Shown here one piece after another: positions 56,851-64,000 of a DNA stretch of 64,000 bases (within the stretch, counting starts at the first letter, position 1; every line of letters starts with the position of its first letter). The notes below the pieces were generated by a model. That model ran no database searches, was not told the DNA's origin, and saw nothing but the letters and a program-made list of their open reading frames with translations. The translations under genes were made by a program, and so were the position numbers. The stretch comes from a virus. The stretch lies in the IMG/VR virus record IMGVR_UViG_3300040770_000357. One strand, written 5' to 3'.

Positions 56851-57141
56851 ATGACAAATGCTGAATTAATGCAGTTATCAACTGAAGAATTATTAGACTT
56901 GAACAAAAGAGTAGTAATGATTGTTAAATTGAAAAAACAAAACGATGCAGTTTTGAATAAACACACTCTAAAAGTAGGTATGGATGTTAAATACACCAGC
57001 AACGCCAAAAATATGTCACACGACAAATTTACTATCATAAAAATTAATAGAACCAAAGCACATTGTAAATGCCATGTTACAGGTACATTGTGGGGAATCA
57101 GCCTAGCTAACCTAGAACCATTAGTTGCTAAAAAAGTATAA
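56851..57141 (+). CDS. Hypothetical protein
   Basis: ORF after TATCTTTG promoter. Confidence 0.65.
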   Translation: MTNAELMQLSTEELLDLNKRVVMIVKLKKQNDAVLNKHTLKVGMDVKYTSNAKNMSHDKFTIIKINRTKAHCKCHVTGTLWGISLANLEPLVAKKV

Positions 57142-57145
57142 CCAA

Positions 57146-57442
57146 ATGGGGGAAGAATTTATACAAGAAGAATTTATACTATGTGCCGCATTAAATTTTA
57201 ACGGTAACATCATTTGCGGTTTCAGACATTCAGATTGTTATGCTACCTTAAGAGAAGTAGGGAAAGTGGAAAATGAAGCACTACCGCAAAGAGAAAACCA
57301 AGGCTTCCTTACATCACATAACAGATATGTTGATAGGAAAGAAGGTTGGAAAATAGCTAGGAAGAAGAACCAAATTGTATTTGGTTTGGAAGTATGTGAT
57401 TTTGGTGACGATTCAATACTAATAAGTGAAAATATATATTAA
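57146..57442 (+). CDS. Hypothetical phage protein (ICGFRH...QGFLTSHNRYVDR)
   Basis: ORF in operon. Confidence 0.7.
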   Translation: MGEEFIQEEFILCAALNFNGNIICGFRHSDCYATLREVGKVENEALPQRENQGFLTSHNRYVDRKEGWKIARKKNQIVFGLEVCDFGDDSILISENIY

Positions 57443-57444
57443 TC

Positions 57445-57801
57445 ATGGAAATGAACAAAGAACAACAAACATACCTAGATGCCGTTAGGATAAAAGCAAC
57501 AGAAATATATAGTCTGATGTATGACCAAACACCAATTAGAACCAATCCACAAGATATAGAAAAAGATAAACAAACAGCTATTGATTGTGCTATTATATGT
57601 ACTGAACAAATGCTATTGGCAAACCCAAAAGACCATACCTTTTACCTATTCTTAAAACACTATCTTCAAACATCAATAACAACTTCTGTATTGGGTAAAG
57701 TATCAATAGAAGAAGTTAAAGAAGTTGTTGAAGAAGTTAAATCAGAGGATAATTGGTTTCATAAAATTATAGCCAGTGCTTATAATAAGAAGAATAGATA
57801 A
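57445..57801 (+). CDS. Hypothetical protein
   Basis: ORF in operon. Confidence 0.65.
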   Translation: MEMNKEQQTYLDAVRIKATEIYSLMYDQTPIRTNPQDIEKDKQTAIDCAIICTEQMLLANPKDHTFYLFLKHYLQTSITTSVLGKVSIEEVKEVVEEVKSEDNWFHKIIASAYNKKNR

Positions 57802-58001
57802 TTTATTTTTAAAAATCTATATTAATCATGGGAAGAAGTCGAGGACATAAGTATAACGCAAAATGCCCTAAGTGTAATTATACATCTAGGATACCATATT
57901 ATGGTTTTACATTAACAAACAAAAATTCTAACCATAGCCAAACTTGTCCAAAACATAGACTTAAACTAGAGCAATTTTTTGTCCCACTTAAATAAAACAT
58001 T

Positions 58002-58229
58002 ATGAAAACACAAGAAGAAATACAGGGGAAAATTGAGGAATTATTAACTAAGACACAAACAAAAAATCTCAAAGCAGTAATTGATGTGTTGGAAAATGAT
58101 TTGTCCGATGAAGATATTGAAGATAAATACTTTGATGAAAATGACCCGTGGTTAGAACAAGATGCATATAGAGCAAGAGAATGGATGGATGGTAAATGTT
58201 CTGATGAAGAGTTTAACGAATACAATTAA
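58002..58229 (+). CDS. Hypothetical acidic protein
   Basis: ORF in operon. Confidence 0.6.
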   Translation: MKTQEEIQGKIEELLTKTQTKNLKAVIDVLENDLSDEDIEDKYFDENDPWLEQDAYRAREWMDGKCSDEEFNEYN

Positions 58230-58232
58230 ACA

Positions 58233-58481
58233 ATGTATAGAATAATCGTAGAAGTACAAAAAAATGGTGAGGAAAATTTCTATGTGCAGAAACAAATCCT
58301 TTTATACTTCTGGAAGTATTTTAAAACAGAAGTGCAATCTAATGTTACCGATTTATACTATAACCGCAGAACGTTGTATCGAAGCCTAAAATATGCCAAA
58401 GATGAAATACAAAAAGACGTGGAGAAAGAATATAAAAAAGAACAGGAGAAAATTATTCGCAAATATATCCTAAAGGATTAG
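58233..58481 (+). CDS. Hypothetical protein
   Basis: ORF in operon. Confidence 0.6.
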   Translation: MYRIIVEVQKNGEENFYVQKQILLYFWKYFKTEVQSNVTDLYYNRRTLYRSLKYAKDEIQKDVEKEYKKEQEKIIRKYILKD

Positions 58482-58638
58482 CGCAAATTGAGCAGAATTT
58501 ATAATAGCGAAATACGTCCCGAACACCCGTTTTATATAGAACCTACACCATAGCCGTTTAAGTAACATATATGAAGTAAGTTAATGATAACAACAGAAAA
58601 AACACCATTCAACTAACATAATTAATATACAGAACAAT

Positions 58639-58926
58639 ATGATAAATAAAATATATAAAACAACTCAAGAGAATGATAAGATAGAAACTATTACTCTAGA
58701 TTTTATATATGAAGATACTGTATATCACTCAACAGAATATATGGCTGAAACATACATAGCTAAAAGAATTGCCGATAGAAGTAATATGCCAAAAGGTTTT
58801 AAAGTATATACATGCACCGACTGTAAAGAAATAAACGTAAAGAAAAATAATGACAAAATTAGAGTAGGGTTCTGTGATAACTGTGAACACCCTTTATGGA
58901 ACGATGAAACATATACAGATATATAA
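58639..58926 (+). CDS. Hypothetical zinc-ribbon protein
   Basis: CTDC...CDNC. Confidence 0.6.
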   Translation: MINKIYKTTQENDKIETITLDFIYEDTVYHSTEYMAETYIAKRIADRSNMPKGFKVYTCTDCKEINVKKNNDKIRVGFCDNCEHPLWNDETYTDI

Positions 58927-58938
58927 AAATAAAATACC

Positions 58939-59118
58939 ATGGCAGAAATTAAATATATAAATACCAAAGAACCAAATAGTACCAGCATTAGTATATTGCC
59001 ATTTATAATATATGAAAAAGTTATTACAGATTATATCACGTTCTATAACATAACTATAGGATTCTGGCAATGGGGAATAGAACTTACTTGGAAAAGAAAA
59101 ACAAAGGATGAAGCTTAA
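58939..59118 (+). CDS. Hypothetical 59-aa protein (below ORF-track cutoff)
   Basis: MAEIKYINTKEP...GFWQWGIELTW with A-rich start. Confidence 0.5.
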   Translation: MAEIKYINTKEPNSTSISILPFIIYEKVITDYITFYNITIGFWQWGIELTWKRKTKDEA

Positions 59119-59430
59119 CTTAAAAATAGCCATATATGTAATGACTAAAATAGGAATGCTATACTGTATGATAAATTCAGAATGGTTAGCACTATACGGA
59201 TTTATAATAGCAACAATATATACATATATAGATATGGTGACATATGATACATAGAAGCTATATAAAGACTCCTAAGACATGATAACCTATTATATGGGCC
59301 GTAGGCCCATAAGGTACTATATGGTACCTTAATTAGCACGTTACGTCTATTTTGGGATTTTGTGGGAAAAGTGGTAATAAGTGGTAGAAGGTGGGATTTT
59401 TGCTCGATTTCAGTACCTATAATTGGAAAG

Positions 59431-59483
59431 TACTTAAAAATACCTAAAAATAATACTTAAAAATACTTAAAAATACTTAAAAA
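59431..59483. repeat. Tandem 10-nt repeats (AAATACTTAA-like) x4-5
   Basis: tacttaaaaa tacctaaaaa taatacttaaaaa tacttaaaaa tacttaaaaa. Confidence 0.75.
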
Positions 59484-60208
59484 GTTTTATACTATGTTCT
59501 TTCACACGACGATTTTTCCAGCCAGAATTTTCAGAACTAGGTTATCTGGTATAATATACACATTTGTGTACACGGTTTATATAAAACCATAAAAGGGTTA
59601 ATTAGGGTGTCTTATATGATTATATGTATATAGGGTAATCTAGATATTCTCTATATAGGATAATATAGATTGGCGTTCTTTAACATATTGAATAGACTGG
59701 TTATATGTATGGCCGATATGTACTATAGTCTCTGGTGACCTCTGGTAATTATACACTATGGTCTTATTATACGGCCCAGATTGTACCACCCTAGTTATTA
59801 GGTGGTTATAGTTTATGGTTCTATATAGGATAAGTTGTTTACTGTAGTCTCTGGTAATTTATTATATGACACTGTTATACTATGCTATATATACACATTT
59901 GTGTATACAGCTTTGGGGTTCCATGGTTTCATGGGTTATATGGTCCTATCTAGTTTTGTTTGAGTCATGGCATAGATATGTTGTTCTGTATATGGCATTA
60001 TCTATATAGGATAATATCATATCAGTTTTGGCATATTGTTATAGCATGATTTTATGGTACTTATGCTGACTTCACAATATTGCGTGATTAGTCACCTTAT
60101 ATACTATATGGTATTATACTAGAGTGGCCGATATTTTTTTTAATTTTTTTTAGCGCATAATTAGCTTGTTTTATTTAGATAGGCATTTGAGTTATGTGTA
60201 CGACTTTT

Positions 60209-60238
60209 TGCCCTATCTGAGTGAACGGATAGGGCAAT
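60209..60238. terminator. Strong hairpin/terminator
   Basis: TTGCCCTATC/GATAGGGCAA. Confidence 0.65.
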
Positions 60239-60394
60239 AGATTTCCTTCCCACGTATTAGGTGGGATAAAGCGTACTTTCTCACACCACCATTATGTATG
60301 GCGTGTGTCATTGGCAAAGATAGGTTAAAATAACGGTTCTACCAAATAATTTCGTTATTTATATTTGGTCTAGATAGCGTTGAATATAAGGTAG

Positions 60395-60500
60395 GTTGGA
60401 GTCTACACTCTAGCCCGATTGCTACCTGTATCCGTTTCCTTCCTACTATACAAAGATAGGGAATTAGTATTTAGTACGCAAGAAAAAAGTGATTTATTTT
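60395..60500 (-). ncRNA. Antisense promoter + small RNA cassette, copy 1
   Basis: Near-identical to 63668-63772 except a central 18-nt segment and the promoter spacer. Confidence 0.55.
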
Positions 60501-60609
60501 ATGGTATATAAGGAGTAATAAAATCCTGGAAAATAATTCATATAGTATAGTGTAAAATCCAATTAAAGGTTATATCTTTGCTGAGGTAAAACCAACTAAA
60601 ACTATTATT

Positions 60610-61002
60610 ATGAGAATGACTAGAAAATTATTTATTGTAGAAGTTATTGACGAAATCAATAACATAAAGAAACGTGCAACAAGTGAAGAGATATCTAAAT
60701 TAGATTTAGAGACTTTTGACCATGCTAATCGCTATGCGTGTATCTATGGACAAATGACGGGTAGTTGTACAAGTGTTAGGGCAAAAGACTTGATGGCTAA
60801 AACTTATTCTGATGTATGTCAATCTCTTACATTTACAGATTTCGTAAAATTCAGTGAACAAAAATTTAAAAATGATGGTGAAACTTATTATACTCCATTA
60901 GAAAAATATCTATATATGGTAGTAGTTAAAAACCGTGCTAATATTTTTTATTCTATCATAACTTATTTGAAAGGTGAGAGTGATGAATTGATTAAGTTAT
61001 AG
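60610..61002 (+). CDS. Hypothetical early protein
   Basis: ORF after TATCTTTG promoter. Confidence 0.7.
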   Translation: MRMTRKLFIVEVIDEINNIKKRATSEEISKLDLETFDHANRYACIYGQMTGSCTSVRAKDLMAKTYSDVCQSLTFTDFVKFSEQKFKNDGETYYTPLEKYLYMVVVKNRANIFYSIITYLKGESDELIKL

Positions 61003-61099
61003 TGAATAAAAAAATTTAAATAAAACTATATAATATATTAGATTATATCATATAGTTTTATTATCTTTGCTAAAGTAAAAACCAATAAAATATAAAGTC

Positions 61100-61621
61100 A
61101 TGAGTTTAACAGTAAATCAAAAAGAAATTGTCGCTAAATTAAAAGAAGAGTTCGAGGTATTGAATGCTATCGAAGCTACTAAATCTGTTGTAGGGTTTTT
61201 TGATTTTAGTGCTATTGATGCATTAAAAAAGGCTGAACAAAAAAAAGCGGGTGAAATCAAGTTACAGAATGAATTAATATTCAATAAGTTTTTTACTGAT
61301 TTTAAAGATAATGTAACAAAATTAAAGGCTGAACTTGTGGAGCGAGGTTTTGTAGTTGAAATAAAGTTAGATATTACAACTAAAGATACTTGGAACCAAA
61401 GATGTATTGTATCATATGATGGTCGTGAAAAGTTCACAATTTTAATGGCTGAGGGAAGTGATTTTATTAATTTAGCTATTGGTTCTGTAATTAAAAGAAT
61501 TAGTATGTCATATAGGGTAAAAAGTCCTTATACTGAAAAGGAGTATGTTACTTTTTTAGAAGCGTGTGGTAAAGATGGTCTTATAAAAGCGATTGTTATG
61601 GACACGTTATTAAAGGATTAA
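61100..61621 (+). CDS. Hypothetical early protein (paralog of 61711-62235)
   Basis: Shared MSLTxNQKEIVAKLKEEF start. Confidence 0.75.
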   Translation: MSLTVNQKEIVAKLKEEFEVLNAIEATKSVVGFFDFSAIDALKKAEQKKAGEIKLQNELIFNKFFTDFKDNVTKLKAELVERGFVVEIKLDITTKDTWNQRCIVSYDGREKFTILMAEGSDFINLAIGSVIKRISMSYRVKSPYTEKEYVTFLEACGKDGLIKAIVMDTLLKD

Positions 61622-61632
61622 ATTATTTAAAT

Positions 61633-61680
61633 AAAACAATACAATATATTAGGTTATATTGTATTGTTTTATTATCTTTG
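61633..61680 (+). promoter_or_regulatory. Promoter embedded in 15-bp perfect inverted repeat
   Basis: AAAACAATACAATAT-ATTAGGTT-ATATTGTATTGTTTT then TATCTTTG. Confidence 0.7.
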
Positions 61681-61710
61681 CTAAAGTAAAAACCAATAAA
61701 ATATAAAGCC

Positions 61711-62235
61711 ATGAGTTTAACAATAAATCAAAAAGAAATTGTCGCTAAATTAAAAGAAGAGTTTATAAAACTGAATAAGGAATTGATTGTATCTAATAAT
61801 GATATTTTTGATTTTGGTTTTATTGATGAGCTTAAAATTAAAGAGACCAAAGTTGTAAATGATGTTAATTTGAGTAATAGTTATCTTAGTAAAACTATTT
61901 TAACTGAATGGGATAATAACGTAAAACGTATTAAACCTATTTTTGAAGCGAGAGGTTTTGTGGTAACTGAGAAAAATTGTAGTGATACTAAGAATAATTT
62001 TGAGACACGTAGATTACATTTTGATTTTAATAAAGAAAATGTTTTTGTTATATCTATTGATGCTGATTTTTTAACTATAAAACAAACTGTTGTTTATGTT
62101 TACCAATTAAAAGGGCATAGTTATAAAGTAGTTGGTAATGGTCGTTATCGTGATGCGGTTAATTCAGATACTTTTGATGGACTGTTTAAAACTAATTTTG
62201 TTATCGAGAGAATTAAAAGATGTCTTTTAAAATAA
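61711..62235 (+). CDS. Hypothetical early protein (paralog of 61100-61621)
   Basis: Shared promoter and N-terminus. Confidence 0.75.
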   Translation: MSLTINQKEIVAKLKEEFIKLNKELIVSNNDIFDFGFIDELKIKETKVVNDVNLSNSYLSKTILTEWDNNVKRIKPIFEARGFVVTEKNCSDTKNNFETRRLHFDFNKENVFVISIDADFLTIKQTVVYVYQLKGHSYKVVGNGRYRDAVNSDTFDGLFKTNFVIERIKRCLLK

Positions 62236-62319
62236 AATAAAAATTTGTGCAAATATATTAGGTTATATTATATAAAAGCTATATATTTGCACAAGTAATA
62301 ATCAACTAAACCAAATCAT

Positions 62320-63090
62320 ATGTCTAAAATTGTCGAAGTAGTAAAAAGAAAACCATTATTAAGTTCAAATAATTCAAAAACCGTTAAGGGTGAAAAGTTA
62401 GGCTATATGACTTATATAGTTTATATGTCGCCATTTACCGACAATAGCAAAGGTATTAACGTTTGCAGTCATGCATCGAAAGGTTGTGCTGATAGTTGTT
62501 TAGTTGGTAGTGGTTTTGGTGGTATGTTTGAAAATGTAATGATAGGTCGTAGAAACAAAACTGAATACTTTTTAAGTAACAGGGTTGAGTTTATGAACCA
62601 ATTAGTAAGTGAGATTACTAAGGTGTTAAAAAAGCACGCTGATAAAGCTATTGTAACTATTCGTTTGAATGGTACAAGTGATTTACCTTTTGAAAAGTAT
62701 AAGATTAAAGATAATAAAAATATCTTTGAATTGTTTCCAGATGTACAATTTTATGATTACACTAAAAACTATTTACGTTTTGATAAAGTGTTACCTAAAA
62801 ATTATCACTTAACATTTTCACGTTCTGAAACGAACCATACTAAAAGTATTGAAATGTTAAACAGAGGTTTTAACGTTGCAATGGTATTCGACAAATTACC
62901 AAGTCATTACGAGGGTTTTGAGGTTATTAATGGAGATTTAGATGATTTACGTTTCTTAGATAAAAAGAATGTCGTAGTAGGTCTAAAATACAAAAAAATG
63001 ACTGGGAAGGGTGCTAATAACAAATTAGCTTATGATAGTGGTTTCGCTATCAAAACTGAAAATGATGTAGCTTTATTAAATGTAGCTTAA
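62320..63090 (+). CDS. GP88-family protein (radical-SAM-like Cys motif)
   Basis: CSHASKGCADSC, RLNGTSD, FYDYTK, YHLTFS, GDLDDLRFLD. Confidence 0.8.
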   Translation: MSKIVEVVKRKPLLSSNNSKTVKGEKLGYMTYIVYMSPFTDNSKGINVCSHASKGCADSCLVGSGFGGMFENVMIGRRNKTEYFLSNRVEFMNQLVSEITKVLKKHADKAIVTIRLNGTSDLPFEKYKIKDNKNIFELFPDVQFYDYTKNYLRFDKVLPKNYHLTFSRSETNHTKSIEMLNRGFNVAMVFDKLPSHYEGFEVINGDLDDLRFLDKKNVVVGLKYKKMTGKGANNKLAYDSGFAIKTENDVALLNVA

Positions 63091-63174
63091 ATAAATTAAA
63101 ATACCCTATCTAAAATTAGGTAGGGTTATTTAAATTATCTATATTTGTCATCTAATCAACAAAAACTATTTACC

Positions 63175-63603
63175 ATGCAAAAATTTCTAGCGTTACCAAT
63201 AATACAAACAAATGAGATGTACGGATACTCAACTATTGTAGTTCCATTAACTGATGAGAATATCACAAAAGTTAATGACTTAAAAAGTAATTTTGAAAGC
63301 ATCAAAAAACTATATCCAAGTATATCAAGTGTAACATATTATAACATTATGTTTGACTATGATGTTATGAATGATACCTTAGATATTGACTTAGATGAGG
63401 ATAACGCAAATATAATTCAATTAAGCGAAGAGGATTACGAAAAGTATTCTGATACGTCAGACTGTAATTGTCGTATTGATGATTCCTATATTGTTGTTGA
63501 TGATAGAGGTATAAGAATTGTCTATAACGCAAAGTGGACTGCTGATGAAGTATATACTTCATTATATTTTATCCTATTAGATAAAATTGAAGTAACTGAA
63601 TAA
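63175..63603 (+). CDS. Hypothetical acidic protein
   Basis: ATG after promoter; followed by terminator. Confidence 0.65.
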   Translation: MQKFLALPIIQTNEMYGYSTIVVPLTDENITKVNDLKSNFESIKKLYPSISSVTYYNIMFDYDVMNDTLDIDLDEDNANIIQLSEEDYEKYSDTSDCNCRIDDSYIVVDDRGIRIVYNAKWTADEVYTSLYFILLDKIEVTE

Positions 63604-63609
63604 AAAATT

Positions 63610-63637
63610 AAAACCCTATCAACTTGGTAGGGTTTTT
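63610..63637. terminator. Bidirectional terminator
   Basis: AAAACCCTA/TAGGGTTTT. Confidence 0.7.
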
Positions 63638-63667
63638 GCGCTGAACTAAAAAAAAAAGTATAGACGT

Positions 63668-63772
63668 GTTGGAGTCTACTCTTTCACTCATCGTGACCCG
63701 TATCCGTTTCCTTTCTACTATGTAAAGATAAGCTATTTAGAATTACCACGCAAGAAAAAAGTGATTTATTTT
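63668..63772 (-). ncRNA. Antisense promoter + small RNA cassette, copy 2
   Basis: Near-identical to 60395-60500; T run follows on minus strand. Confidence 0.55.
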
Positions 63773-63854
63773 TATTTAAATTATTTTGTTTAAAAATTAG
63801 GTTATATTGTATAAAAGCTATATCTTTGTCCTCTAACCAACTAAAACCTTTATT

Positions 63855-64000
63855 ATGGGAGTTAAGAAATGTATTAAGAAAATTGAGCGTAAAATAGAGT
63901 TTAATAGATTGTTATCTATAGGACAATTTAATGATGGTCAAGATAAGGCATCACGTAAAACTAATGAAGTTAATGCAGTTTTATTAGATGTATTAAAGGT
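63855..64000 (+). CDS. Hypothetical protein (3' truncated)
   Basis: ATG after TATCTTTG promoter, open to window end. Confidence 0.55.
   Translation, partial: MGVKKCIKKIERKIEFNRLLSIGQFNDGQDKASRKTNEVNAVLLDVLK

Noticed and set aside
59431-60020. CRISPR array
   Set aside because: Repeats are 10-14 nt, irregularly spaced, with no repeat-spacer periodicity and no cas genes.
491-63562. Numerous 60-145-aa minus-strand ORFs opposite annotated genes
   Set aside because: Fully nested antisense to well-supported + strand CDSs; no motifs or promoters.
63668-63720. Small peptide (MSERVDS...) or hammerhead in the antisense cassette
   Set aside because: ATG and CUGAUGA-like core are not present in the other copy.

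Overview
This is a very AT-rich, gene-dense segment, almost entirely on the + strand, that reads as the accessory/early region of a large (probably jumbo) phage of Bacteroidota. Support: Bacteroidetes-type TAnnTTTG promoters throughout, a Bacteroidetes-like primary sigma homolog, DUF3127 and PID-CTERM genes, and no structural genes. It carries an OmpA/ABC transporter, vWA + divergent PurA-like genes, an RNA-gene locus (8.5-14.8 kb), a minus-strand GHKL-ATPase island and a 2H phosphoesterase. It also carries an NAD-rebuilding/ADP-ribose cluster (NMNAT-Nudix, NAMPT, NADAR, macrodomain, sirtuin, Prs), RNA repair/translation-rescue genes (Thg1, tRNA-binding protein, HAD, RNase R, SmpB), a sigma factor, many small hypothetical genes, and a long non-coding stretch near 59-60.6 kb. 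The strongest candidate new system is a leader-peptide transcription attenuator (12029-12195) directly upstream of the tRNA array: 21 of the 22 codons after Met encode Lys, Thr, Tyr, Gln, Gly or Pro, exactly the six amino acids served by the clearly assignable downstream tRNAs. This suggests tRNA transcription is released when those host tRNAs are depleted. Other notable RNAs: two tRNA-like genes with large structured anticodon inserts and a shared 20-nt leader, a free-standing Lys(UUU) anticodon stem-loop mimic, two large ornate ncRNAs (~830 and ~490 nt), and a duplicated antisense small-RNA cassette with constant-variable-constant layout. All calls are by eye; no searches or folding programs were run.
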